This document shows, one piece after another, positions 1 to 12,300 of a stretch of DNA of 64,000 nt; positions within the stretch are counted from its first letter, which is position 1, and the number at the start of each line of letters is the position of its first letter. Location of the stretch: positions 1-64,000 of IMG/VR virus record IMGVR_UViG_2820362221_000001; one strand, written 5' to 3'. Below the pieces are notes generated by a model. The model searched no databases. It saw only the letters and a program-made list of their open reading frames with translations, and was not told where the DNA came from. Made by a program: the position numbers and the translations under genes. Origin of the DNA: an uncultured virus (IMG/VR IMGVR_UViG_2820362221_000001). Its lineage: Duplodnaviria > Heunggongvirae > Uroviricota > Caudoviricetes.

Positions 1-1083
1 ATGATCAAAATAAAAGACTTAATTAACTTAATGCAGGGATATTCTCAAGATTTTAAACGTATTATAATCAATTTAATAACCGAAAGGTTCGGTAAAATAA
101 ACAAAACTAATCCAGACGACTTGAAAAAATTAATGGGATTGCAAAATATTTATAGTGATTTAAAATTTATTGAAAAAGAAAAAGAAGCAATACTTGACAA
201 GACGCACCCAGAACTATATAATAATATTCATAATCAGTTTGCAGCAGAATATCTGTTTAAGACTGGATTATCTGTATTTGCCGCGAATATGTATGCGGAA
301 AATTTAAGTGCCGGCAACGGATTTTCACAGGTTCTTGGGATAAGCAGACAGTATATACATCTATATCGAAAATATAACATCGACGTACACGAGCATAAAG
401 TAATACAGGCTTCCGGTACTTGGGTTAGTTATGATAGTTTTGAAAAGTTTCGTGCATTAAAGCCGGAGAGAAACGATACTCACGATATTATTGAATTGCT
501 TGAATTGATGAGCTTTGAAAAATTCGTTAATTATTTCACCAAACAAAAAGCCATGCTCAAAAAGAAATTAAAATTTCTGATGATACAATACAAAGATTAC
601 ATAAGCATGTCAAAAAGTTTAAAAGTGGATTTATCAAGAAAATCCGTGAGTTTCCCTACAAACATAAAAGAATCCCACAACTTGATTTTAGAGCGTTTTA
701 ATAAAGTCAAACACGAGATTGAGGACGGAAATATGCGCCACGCAAAAGAAGTGTTGTACAAGGGCATGAACGAATACGCAAATGAAAGTTTTTGTATAGT
801 ATTCCCACAGTTACGCAGTGATTTTATAACCGAGGGGCAGAGTCTCAATCATTGTGTCGGAAGTGAATCCTATTATAAAAATCACATGGAAGGCACACGC
901 ATGGTGTTCTTTGTCAGACAGGCAACCGAGCCTGATAAACCCTATTTTACTATGGAGATTGATATGCGGGAACTGCGTATCAGACAGCTATACGGGTTCG
1001 GGGACGTATCGCCCTCAGCAGATGTAAGAAAATTCGCCAATGAGTTTTTAAGACTTTTAAAGCCGGCTGATAATATAAGCTGA
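1..1083 (+). CDS. PcfJ-like domain protein (probably 5'-truncated by window edge)
   Basis: C-terminal 'EGQSLNHCVG..Y......VFFVR....PDKPYFTMEI' signature typical of PcfJ-family proteins of ICEs and phages. Confidence 0.8.
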   Translation: MIKIKDLINLMQGYSQDFKRIIINLITERFGKINKTNPDDLKKLMGLQNIYSDLKFIEKEKEAILDKTHPELYNNIHNQFAAEYLFKTGLSVFAANMYAENLSAGNGFSQVLGISRQYIHLYRKYNIDVHEHKVIQASGTWVSYDSFEKFRALKPERNDTHDIIELLELMSFEKFVNYFTKQKAMLKKKLKFLMIQYKDYISMSKSLKVDLSRKSVSFPTNIKESHNLILERFNKVKHEIEDGNMRHAKEVLYKGMNEYANESFCIVFPQLRSDFITEGQSLNHCVGSESYYKNHMEGTRMVFFVRQATEPDKPYFTMEIDMRELRIRQLYGFGDVSPSADVRKFANEFLRLLKPADNIS

Positions 1084-1129
1084 AATAGAAACAGAGTCGC
1101 CCATCGGCGGCTCTTTAACATGAAAGGGG

Positions 1130-1312
1130 GTGCAAACCGTGAATATGTATCGTATTAGAATTACAGAACGCTTGGTGATGGTAGTCGAAGCTGAGGCTGA
1201 CGACGAAGCGGAAGCGAAAGAACAAGTCAAAGACGATTGGTTCAATCAAGAGTATGTGTTGGACTCCGAGAATTTTGCCAGCGTAGAATTTGAATGCGTA
1301 AAAGCAAGGTGA
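1130..1312 (+). CDS. DpnD/PcfM-like small protein
   Basis: 'YRIRITERLVMVVEAEADDEAEAKEQVKDDW..QEYVLDSENF..VEF' pattern; RBS gaaagggg; start may be ATG 1145. Confidence 0.7.
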   Translation: MQTVNMYRIRITERLVMVVEAEADDEAEAKEQVKDDWFNQEYVLDSENFASVEFECVKAR

Positions 1313-1348
1313 ATGATTTATAATAGTTTTAAAAGAGCAAATACAAGT

Positions 1349-1388
1349 AATAATACCCAGTGTAATAAAATACATCGGGTATTATTTT
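1349..1388. terminator. Intrinsic terminator-like hairpin
   Basis: aataataccc...gggtattatt inverted repeat followed by T run. Confidence 0.55.
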
Positions 1389-1530
1389 TATGAGCAAAAT
1401 ATTTTGTTTAAAAGCACAAAAAAGTAGTCGATTGCCATTTTAATGGGGTATAATTGGGGTAAAATGCGTTTTTCTTTCCATTGGAGTAAAAATTAAAAGT
1501 CAGATATACCGCAATATACCTGAGTTTCGA

Positions 1531-1607
1531 TGGTCGGAGTGACTGGACTTGAACCAGCGGCCTCTTGGTCCCGAACCAAGCGCTCTACCAAACTGAGCCA
1601 CACCCCG
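1531..1607 (-). tRNA. tRNA-Pro(CGG)
   Basis: Reverse complement folds as cloverleaf CGGGGTG...CACTCCG-ACCA; anticodon stem cttgg/ccaag with loop TT-CGG-GA; TTCAAGT T-loop; encoded CCA. Confidence 0.95.
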
Positions 1608-1639
1608 AAATATTTTATCCCTTATTCACAGACTTGTAT

Positions 1640-1668
1640 AGTATATCATAAATATTTTTGTTTTGCAA
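1640..1668 (-). promoter_or_regulatory. Sigma-A promoter of tRNA-Pro
   Basis: TTGCAA-N17-TATACT on minus strand. Confidence 0.55.
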
Positions 1669-1712
1669 TAGTTATTTTTGTTTTTTTCAAATTTATATAA
1701 ATTTTATTCAAG

Positions 1713-1740
1713 AAGGGCGGATCATTTGAATCCGCCCTTT
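1713..1740. terminator. Terminator downstream of ECF sigma gene
   Basis: aagggcggat...atccgccctt hairpin. Confidence 0.7.
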
Positions 1741-1748
1741 GATTTTAA

Positions 1749-2330
1749 TTATTTATCTTGATTTTCTTGATCGTTTTGTTTTCTTAATTCATCGCCAACT
1801 TTTTTAGTTATAGATTTTATCAAACGATAATATCTTTTTTTTGTATATGAATAATTTTCGCATAACTCAGCAGCTATATATTTTAACTGCAATTTTTTTA
1901 TATTATGATCTTTAATCAGTTTTTTGTCTTTTTTCGGCAATTCTTTGAATATTTTTAAAAATATGCCGAGTTTTTTTGTTTTTGTTTTATCAGGTTCGCC
2001 GTTTATTTTTGAAAAATAATTCTTGTAATCTATAATATCCGGCGTTATGATCATTTCCATATTATTAACTTTATCAGCAATTTTCAGTTCTTTATAAAAT
2101 AAATTTTTAGCTGTTTTATATAACCAGCCTTCAGGATTTGAATGATTATGAAAATCTAATTGATTCAATTGAGCGGTCCAATATGTATTTTGAACTATAT
2201 CTTCGGCTAAATATCTATCGCCAGATGTTAATTTCAACACGTACATTTCTAAATTTTTATATGTATATTCACAAAAATCTGAAAAAACCTTTTTGTTATC
2301 TTCTAAATTATCTTTAAAATTCCAAAACAT
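1749..2330 (-). CDS. ECF-type RNA polymerase sigma factor
   Basis: Region 2 'AEDIVQNTY...PEGWLYKTAKN' and region 4 HTH 'LPKKDK...LKYIAAELCEN'. Confidence 0.8.
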   Translation of the reverse strand: MFWNFKDNLEDNKKVFSDFCEYTYKNLEMYVLKLTSGDRYLAEDIVQNTYWTAQLNQLDFHNHSNPEGWLYKTAKNLFYKELKIADKVNNMEMIITPDIIDYKNYFSKINGEPDKTKTKKLGIFLKIFKELPKKDKKLIKDHNIKKLQLKYIAAELCENYSYTKKRYYRLIKSITKKVGDELRKQNDQENQDK

Positions 2331-2591
2331 ATTTTTTCTCCTTTTCCTTTTTATTCTTGTTATAATTCTCCTGATTTTTTAAATAATTATTAAAATATAT
2401 CCGCAAAATTAAACATTTCATTCATAATTATTTCCCAAAATGTTTTATATTATGTGTAAACACTATTATATCATAACAGGAAAAAGATAGCAATATATAT
2501 AATTAAATATTTTTAAAATTTACAAAATATTATTAATTATCTTAATTATTTCAATTATTTCAATAAAAATTATAAATTTTTAAAATTGCTC

Positions 2592-2620
2592 TTGACATAA
2601 AGGCAAGAGATATGTATAAT
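2592..2620 (+). promoter_or_regulatory. Perfect consensus sigma-A promoter
   Basis: TTGACA-N17-TATAAT upstream of the tRNA-Leu-like fragment. Confidence 0.8.
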
Positions 2621-2657
2621 ATATATTAATTATAAAAAAATATATAATAATATTTAT

Positions 2658-2697
2658 GCGAGAGTGGTGGAATTGGCAGACACGCACGTTTGTAGGG
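2658..2697 (+). pseudogene. tRNA-Leu 5' half fragment
   Basis: GCGAGAGTGGTGGAATTGGCAGACACGCACGTTTG parallels the 5' half of the tRNA-Leu at 3125; no 3' half or T-arm follows. Confidence 0.7.
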
Positions 2698-3124
2698 ACT
2701 TCGGCACGATGATTAAATTCCTAAGCGATTTTGATAAAGCAGAATACAGTCTTGGAAATCTAAACGATTTCAAAAATAAAAACACAGGGTAAAGATTCGT
2801 CAAAAATTTTTCGCCGATTTTAATCGGTCGTAAAACTCCCGATAAAAATGCGGCGAACTTTTTTCTGATAAAAAAACTCCGCCGCATTTTACTGTTTCAC
2901 CTTTTCCATTTTCTTACTTTTCTTTTTGCATTATTTTACAAATTCGAGTGTCTCAATATATATTTGTTTTCCCTCTTCAAATTCATTTATATGTTTTGGC
3001 AGACTATAATTTTTAGCACTCGGTTGACATAAATTTCCTCTCGTGAGAAAACAAAATCTTTATATGTGAGAGGGACTAAAAGCCAACTGAAATATCTCCC
3101 GTAAAATGGGGCAAAATTGAATAT

Positions 3125-3209
3125 GCGGTTGTGGTGGAATCGGCATACACGCACGTTTGAGGGGCGTGTCCAGCAATGGGTACGAGTTCAAGTCTCGTCA
3201 ACCGCACCA
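3125..3209 (+). tRNA. tRNA-Leu(GAG)
   Basis: Cloverleaf with long variable arm; anticodon GAG at 3159-3161; GTTCAAGT T-loop; 3' ACCA. Confidence 0.95.
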
Positions 3210-3213
3210 ATAA

Positions 3214-3243
3214 AAAAAACCTTGATTTGGGTCAAGGTTTTTT
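3214..3243 (+). terminator. Terminator after tRNA-Leu
   Basis: aaaaccttga...tcaaggtttt hairpin plus T run. Confidence 0.75.
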
Positions 3244-3268
3244 GCTTTTTTATAAAAATTTGATACTA

Positions 3269-3318
3269 TAAAATCACCCCTACGGAAACTTAAAATGACC
3301 GTAGGGGCGATTTTTATT
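3269..3318 (-). terminator. Terminator of giant surface-protein gene
   Basis: aaaatcacccctacgg...ccgtaggggcgatttt hairpin. Confidence 0.65.
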
Positions 3319-3327
3319 TATTATGAA

Positions 3328-6300
3328 TTAGACATCATTATCTTCGTCATCGCCGAAAATCTCGAAAAGGAAACGTTTCATTATCATCGCAATTTCTGCG
3401 CGGGTAGCCTCTCCCTGTGGAACTGTTGTGGTTTCGGTGCGACCGACAATCAGACCAACTGCAACTGCCCACTGCATTGCTTCGAGTGCCCAGTCGGAAA
3501 TCTTGCCGGCATCTTCATACTTAGACAAGTCTGCTCGTGCGCTTACATCAAATCCCATTATTTCAGCGTAACGGTAGAATACTGTCACGATCTGTTCACG
3601 GGTCAACAGTTCGCTTCCTTTGAATGTACCATCTGGGAAACCGTTCATCAATCCAGTTTCATATGCCCAGATTATTGCGTCTGAATACCATTCTCCGGCA
3701 ATAACATCGCTGAAGGGAATTATTGCATCTTCGCTTACTTCCGGTTCGCCATTTAACCGGTAAAGTATTGTCGCCAGCATATAACGGTTCGTCACATCAT
3801 GAGGTTTGAATGTATTAGTGTTTCCTGAACCTATCATAATTCCCAATTGATTCATAATACGCGCTGCTTCAGCAAACCAGTCATCTTCTTTTACATCGGT
3901 ATAAGGATTCACGTACCCTTCTGCCGACGGTTCGTCACCAAATTTTGCATTACTTAACGGGGTATCTTTGTCGGAAATTTCCTCCAAATCACCAGAATCA
4001 TCATCGTCAGAGGTATTATCAGAATCAATGCCTGAACCTGTTTCACCCGTTGTATCGCCATCGGTAGGAGGAGTGTATGGAGGAACATAAGAATCACCTG
4101 AACCGCTACTGGTATTAATCGTATATACAAATGTAGCGACATCGCTGACAATTTCGCCGTCTATTACAGCAACAGCCTTAATTGTTACGCTTTGATTAAC
4201 TGCTATCGCTCCGGTGTATAAAATATTATTTATCGTTGGCTCTGTACCGTTAACAGTATAGTAGATTCCTACATTTGCAGCATTAACCGATAATGTTACG
4301 CTCTGCGTATTGGTATATGTTCCCGTTGCTGGATTCGCTGTAATAATATAGTTAATCTTCGTGAAATTCGCTGTTAACATCACGTTGTTGTCCGGCATTG
4401 TAAATTCTATTGATCTCGCCGTATTTTCCGAAAGAGTTATACCGATTGCTGTCCAGCCAGCGAAAGTATAGCCGTTATTCTCTGTTGCAGTGATGCTTAC
4501 AGGTGTTCCTTCCGCATAACTTCCACTTGGCATACCTGATACTGTGCCGCCATCGCTTGAATTTATAGTTAATGTGAATATTGTAGGAATTACGGGGTTC
4601 ACAGTGAAGTTCACATCAAAACTTGCACTAATTCCATTATCGCCGCTTAATGTTACAGTTACCGTATATGTTCCCTCCGTAAGTTCTGTTTTGGGAACCA
4701 TATCGAAAGTATCAAATTCACCGATAGCAATATCATCAATAGACGTTTTTGAAATTATAAACGCATTGCTGTCCTCACCGTTAAGGGTAATTATCAATTC
4801 GCCTGTCGGCTGATTGCCTGTATTTGTTATTGTGACGGTTTTCGCCGTATTATCTATGAAAGTATAAGCCGACACGTCAAGCGATATGCCATAGAATGGA
4901 GTAGGGATATCTGATGTTATTATAACTGTTGCCATACCGAATTTATTTGTATCTATAGTCGATGTTGCCGTAACTATCAGCGTATTTGCCGTTTCGTCTA
5001 AACCCACAGTTAAAAGACCGATATCAGAAATTGTCGTTTCGTCGCTCTCATTATCCGAAACGCTCCATATTACGGTTTGTTCAGGATTATTTTCGCCTTC
5101 AACAGTCGCTCCGAATTGATGTGTGCCGCCTTGCTGTACCTCAATATCCTGCGGAGACACAATGACGTTTGTGACGATTGCTGAGTCAAGTTCAAAGTTC
5201 GCAGTCATTGTAACTGAGCCTGCAGGCATATTGAATGATACGGAACTTGCAATAATATCAGAAATTGCTACGCCGCTTACAGTCCAATCTTTGAAATGAT
5301 AACCTATATTTGCTGTCGCTGTTACGTTCATTTCTGTATTTTCTTCATAAGTGCCGCTTGGAGTTCCTGATATGTTGCCGCCTATGCCAGCCGATACATT
5401 AAACTCATATTTTTGAATATCCGGTACAGTATTCACAGTTAATGTAATAGAGGAGATTGCGGGAGCATTACTTCCATCCGACGGAGTTTCGGGATACGCT
5501 ATGCCTAACGGATTATAGCTTACAGTTAATGTATAAGTCCCTGCTACGAGCGTATCTAAATAACTTGCGCTGAAAATAATTTCATTTTCTGAAACTACAT
5601 AATCTGTTAATTCAATCAATGAATATTCGCCGTTTTTAATATTAGCTATAGTATTGCCGTTCAAATTAATTGTTGCGGATATATTATCTTCTGAGCCTTT
5701 TATATAATTAATTTTTGTCGTTATTAAGACGCTATCTTCATAAAGCACGATACCTTCAGAATTTATATACGCTACATTATCAGAAGAATCAGACAATTTT
5801 ACATAGATAATATATTTGTTTTTCGGATTAATGTCAAATGGGCTTGAATAGTCCATCCATTCCGCGTCGAGAGCCTGTATCTGTGCCAGCGTCAATTCCT
5901 CATCTGAAAGATAATATTGAATTGTCGCGGGATTTCCATTTTTATCGCTGGCTGTAATGGTCACGGTTTGGGTATTCTTGCAGATCAATCCGAATGTTAC
6001 AGTATTCCAAAAAGAGTTCCAGTAGTTCGTTTCTATACTTATTTCTCCCGTAGGTGGGGTAACATCTGGTTCGGCGTTCACTACTACGTTGAAATTGTCG
6101 GTTTCCGTTATATTATCCTCAGTATAACTGATTATAATAGTTTGTGTACCGATAATGTTAAGAACCGCACCATTTATCGGATTTGATGTAAAATCCGTAA
6201 CTTCATTATAACTGCTGTCGCTATAACTTGCGGTCACGACCATTCCTGTGAGGTCAAGTGCTTCGCCTACAGTATAAACCGTTTTGATTGGCGGTGTTGT

Positions 6301-9300
6301 CACACTGATACTCTCTAATATTACCGGAATAGCATTTACCGTTATCGTAAAGCTATCGGTTTTCATTATTTCGTTTTCGATGTAGCTTACCGTAACTACT
6401 ATTATATCTACTATATCAAGAATTGTGCCATTTGTCGGTTCTGTCGAGAAGTCCGTAATTATTTTAGTATTTTCGTCACTATATACGGCGGTCACTATCA
6501 TACCGGACAAGTCAAGTTCTTCGTCCACAGTATATACTGTTTTATCCGGTAATGTTGTTACAGATATGCTTTCCAGAACAATCGGCAGAGCGTTTACAAC
6601 CACGGTAAAGCTGGTTGTTTCTGTTACATCGTTTTCAGTATAACTGACTATTATGGTTTGTGTGCCAATAATATCAAGAATCGTACCATTAACCGGATCA
6701 GTAGTATAATCTGCCACTTCTTCCGAACTTCCGTCGCTATATGCAATAATTACAACTATACCCGTAAGTTCAAGTGGTTCGCCTACGATATATTCCATTT
6801 TTTCAGGGAGTGTTGTTATATTGATTCCCTCTGATATAATCGGACTGGGATTTACTGTGATTGTAAAATCGACCGTTTTTATTATATCGTCTTCCGTATA
6901 GCTGACTGTGATTGTCTTTATACCAATAGTATCAAGAATATCGCCATCATCAATGCTTGTATTAAAATCTGTTATTTCTTTTTCGCTGCCATCACTATAT
7001 ACAGCAGTTATTATTATGCCTGCAAGATCAAAGTTATCTCCTACAATATATTCCATTTTATCAGGCAGAGAAAAAATTATTATATTATCTAATATAATAG
7101 GTTCGGGAAGCACTTTTAAAGTAATTTCCGTGGTCGCCGGAATATCGTTTTCGTCAGCGTCCACATAATCTACGCCCAATGGATTATAATAGACTGTTAG
7201 CGTATATTCACCTGTTTCAAGACTTTCAAGGTATTCTGCGTTGAATTTTATTGTACCATCGGAAACAATATAATCCGTTCCGTCCTCAAGCGTGACTTCG
7301 CCATTCATAATCTTTTGGATTGTGTTGCCGTTGAGCAATACTTCGGCAATCTTATCAAGACCGAAGCCTTTGACAAAATTTATTTCGGTTGTCACCGCTT
7401 CGCTGTCGGTATATAACACGATACCCGTTGAATTAATATATGTTACGTTTCCGAATTCATCGGTTATCTTAACATAGATTATAATTTTGCTATTCGGATT
7501 TATATTGAATGAATTTTTATAATTTATCCATTCTGTCGTGAATTCATTCAAATCGTCTAATGTCAACTCAGAATCCGAAAGATAATATTGAATCGTTATT
7601 TCATCTGTACTATCAGAATCTGCGGTTAAAGATACGCTTTTCGTATCTTTATATATTAATCCGAATGTGACGGTATTCCAGAATGTATTCCAGAATGTAT
7701 TCCAATAATTAGTTCCTATCACAATTTCCCCTGTTGGCAGGTTTGTAATCGAATCAATAATTTCATACTCAAACAGTCCGCAATTTTCGCAAGTTCTGGT
7801 TTTTATGCCTACGGTGTTATTTGTTGGCTGAAACTCTGTCACCCATTCACCGAATATATGATTTCCGCAGGGTATCATTTCTTCAAGTTTAAGTAAATCT
7901 CCACAGACATCGCAGAGTATCGCTTTATATCCGACTGTATTCTCAGTCGGGGGAACTATAACAGTCCAATTATCGCTATGGCAGACATGAGGCTCAACCA
8001 CATCAATTATATAGGTATGTATATAGCCTTCGCTATTTTCAATATAGAGAATACCTCCCACACTATTTAAAGGCGTAATTTCAATTATACCAGAACCTTT
8101 AAATTCCAAAACACCGTCTATATATGTGGCTGTTTCATTATTCGTTGATAATATGAAATCCGTACTTGATGTTGATGCGAAACTTGACATCCTTGAATCG
8201 CGTGTTGCGGCGGGTTCTATCCACGCTCTGCTTGTTGATTCTCCAGTTCCTTTAACATTTAATCGTGCTATATTATCTTCGACGACTTTAATTCTTTTTA
8301 CAGCGTCTTGATATCCTGTTATATCTTTAGCAAACGGAACGCCTAACACATCTCCGCTTATCTCGCCAAAAGAAGCTATTACTAAATCATATATGTATTG
8401 TCCAATATTATCAACCCCGAAATAACGTGCTCCGACGGGGATTAATTTAATTGTATACGGAATTTCGGTTGTGGAACCGCTTAATGTTGTTACAGCAACA
8501 TTTGTTACAACAAAACGTATCGGAATATTAGCAATCGCAAAACGAATAGAATCATAAATATTAAATTTAGTTTCTTCCCCCTTGCCGAATTCCATATAAT
8601 CAAGAATGTCTCTTAATCCCCAAATACCTTCTATTAATTCCCAACTCAAGCCACCACTGTCAACAATGGAAGATAACGAGTCTATCCAACCACCCAAGCT
8701 ATTCAAAGCATTTGCGGCGGCATTAAGCATTTTCAAAGAAGTCATCAAAGTTTCAATATTATCTACCATCCCGATTAGTTTATTAAGTTCATGTTGAATC
8801 ATTTCGGAATGGAACATAATATTAGTAGTCATTTCAATTATTATTTTATCGCCCGGTTTAAATTCTTTTGCGCTGGCTGAAGTTCCTGATATTACGTGTT
8901 CTTCCGTTACTACAGTGCCGTCAGAATAATGCGTTACTTGTCCTTGAAGTGCATAAATCGTATGGCTCACACCGTAAAGGGATTTGTGAGAGACATTTTC
9001 GAGTTCAATCCTAATTGTATAATCTTCTCCTTCAAAAGCGGAATCAGGGATATAGAAAGTCATATGCATCGCACTACCTGCATAAACTTTTATCGGGTCT
9101 TGAGCAACATATTCATAACTGAATCGTTCGTCGAACGGCATCATTGTACCTTGCAAGGAAGCAGTTACGCTGTAAGTCCCTTCTTTATCACCACGTATAT
9201 ACCAATGAACAGATTTGCTGCCTCCTTCTTCAATATAATCTATTGTTTGAACGGCACTTTGCGCTCCATAGACCATATCCGCTAATGACAACCCATCTGG

Positions 9301-12300
9301 TAAAGTAAGTTCAGCCACACAATCCTCGATTGTGTCGGTAAGTGAATTATTAATAACGAGTAATTCTGCATCAAACATTTCTTTCAGCCAGCGAACTTCT
9401 CCGTAAATAATTAAATAGAACCGTTCGGAAACAGGGAATATAGTAACATCAGTACCATCAGATAACCTCCATCCGAATCCGCCGCCGCCGGTTCCTCCGG
9501 GGCTATACCCGCCGTTATACCATAAAACCCCATCACTTCCTCTGCCACCGCCACCATCAGGACCGACACCTCCTAAGAAATCGCCCGTGCCATTAAAGAA
9601 CGCTATTATACTTAACACGTCAATTTCCGCTCTAAACGTGATTTCAACTTGATATCTATAAACATGCTGGTTACCCGGTGCGTTTGGATCAATCCCTGCT
9701 GCAATTATTTCATCATAAGTCATTTCTCTGACAGTTAATTTTCCTTCTACCATTGGTTTCTCGCTCAAACCAATACGTGGGATTTCTTGAATGCCGGGTT
9801 TTATTGTTATTTTTAATTCACGTACTAAATAACCATTCGCATAAGCTGAGATTGTTAAGTTGCCAACGGGCAACACTTGACTTATTTTACCATTAGAGTC
9901 CGTTGATAATGTACATTCACCATCATTCGGTGTGGAGATAAATATTGATGCTCCACTGATAGGTTCAAGGGTTGTTGCATTTACAACTGTGAAATTAGCT
10001 AAACCATATTCATTTGTTTGACTTATATCAATAAATATCTGCGGTAAATTTTCAGTTTCTTTTTCTCCGCAAATTTCGCATTCCCTGCTTTTTAATCCAT
10101 TTGCAAGTACCGTTGCTTCTTTTTCGGTTGACCATTCACCGAATGTATGTCCCGTTGCTGGAATTATTTCAGATTCAAGTTCAACATTATCTATAATACA
10201 ATAATTTTTCTTTAAACCATCTTCTATGCATGTCGCTTCTTTAACTATTATCCAATCGCCCGGCGTATGTCCAAGAGGCTCTAAAACTTCTATATAATTA
10301 TATCCGCAGATTGAACAAGTATTAATTGCAGATCCGCCGCGAGTACACGTTGGAGATGTTTCTATCGTCGTGAAAAATTCGTGATCGTGAGCATCAAGCA
10401 GGAAATACGGATAACCATTATTTTCTGCCGCGTAGTGAGCCGCTGAACCGGAATAACAATATATTTTTAATTTCGGGCAGTTATTAAAACTATTTGCCGC
10501 AATAGATGTGACACTATTTGGTATTAATATTGAAGTCAAGTTTATACATGACGCAAACGAATATGAGGAAAGTGTTGTTAATCCATCATTCAATACAATA
10601 CTTGTTAACCCTGCACAACCATCAAACGCATTACTACCTATGGTTTTCAATCCTTCATTAAATATAATTAGCCTTAAACCGCTACAACCAGAATAAGCCG
10701 AGTTGCCAATAGATTCCATAGATTCAGGAAATTCTAAGACACTCAGACTTGAACATCCCATAAATGTAGATTGACTTATTGTTTTTAATCCTTCAACCAA
10801 ATTAATTTCCATAAGCCCCGTGCAGTTGGCAAAAGCATTATTACCGATGATAGCGAGTGTACTGGGTAGCACTACCGTCTGCAGGTTCGTACTACCACTA
10901 AACGTGTATGCTGGTATAGCAGTTACACCCTCTGGAACCGTGATACTTGTCAGCTTCGTACAACCATAGAACAATCGCGACACGTAGCCGATCGAACTGC
11001 TCACGTAAGTGTTGGCGACGTTCGTCAGACTACGAGGATAATTAATGCTCGTCAGGTTCGAGCAACCATCGAACACATAATATCCCATCGTCGTCACGCT
11101 GTCTGGCAACGTCAGGCTCACCAGTCCTGTACACCCACTGAATGCATAGTTATTTACCGTAGACAGAGCATTCGGCAGATTTACTGCAGCCAATCTTATG
11201 CACCCGTTGAATGTGCTGTCGTTTATCGTTGTCAGCGTATTCGGCAGGCTCACCGTCGTCATGCCCGTACAGCCGCTGAACGCGCTGTTTCCCACTATTG
11301 TCAATCCCTCGTTCAAGGTCACTTCGCTCAGACTTGTACAGCCGTTGAATGTACTATTACCTATCGTTCTCAGACTGTTAACGAAATTTATGTTGCTCAA
11401 CCCCGTGCAATTAGCGAAAGCGTTGTTACCGATACTTTCGAGAGTGTTTGGCAAAACCACCGTCTGAAGGCTCGTGTTGCCGCTGAATGTATATGCTGGT
11501 ATCGCCGTCACATCCTCCGGAACAGTAATGCTCGTCAGATTCGTACAGCCGTAAAATAGCCGAGACACGTAGCCGATCGAACTGCTCACATAGGTGTTGG
11601 CTACACTTGTCAGACTACGAGGATAGTTGATGCTCGTCAGGTTTGAACAGCCGTCGAACACGTAATATCCCATCGTCGTCACGCTGTCTGGCAACGTCAG
11701 ACTCACCACACCTGTACACCCACTGAATGCGTAGTTTCCTATAGTAGTTAATCCTTCATTCATGATCACTTCACGTAGGCTTATACAACCATTGAACATA
11801 CTATCGTTTAATGTTGTCAATGTACTTGGCAGACTCACTGTCGTCATTTCTGTACAGCCATTGAACACATTGTTACCGACTGATGTCAGCCCTTCGTTCA
11901 AGAACAATTCACGCAAGCTCGTACAACCATTAAAGGCGTTGTTGCCGATGGTAGCGAGGGTACTGGGCAAAACTATCGTTTGTAGGTTCGTGCTGCCGCT
12001 GAATGTGTACGCCGGTGTTGTTGTCACACCCTCTGGTATCGTGATGCTCGTCAGTTTCGTACAGCCATAGAACAGGCGCGACACATAGCCGATTGAACTG
12101 CTCACATATGTATTGGCGACACTCGTTAAGCTACGGGGGTAGTTGATGCTCGTCAGGTTTGAACAGCCGTCGAACACGTAATATCCCATCGTTGTCACGC
12201 TGTCCGGCAACGTCAGACTCACCAAACCCGTACAACCGCTGAATGCATAACTTTCTATCGTTGTCAGCGTATTCGGTAGGCTCACCGTTGTCAACCCTGT

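Noticed and set aside
2693..3124. Group I intron in tRNA-Leu
   Set aside because: No 3' exon completing the tRNA and no recognisable P7 core.
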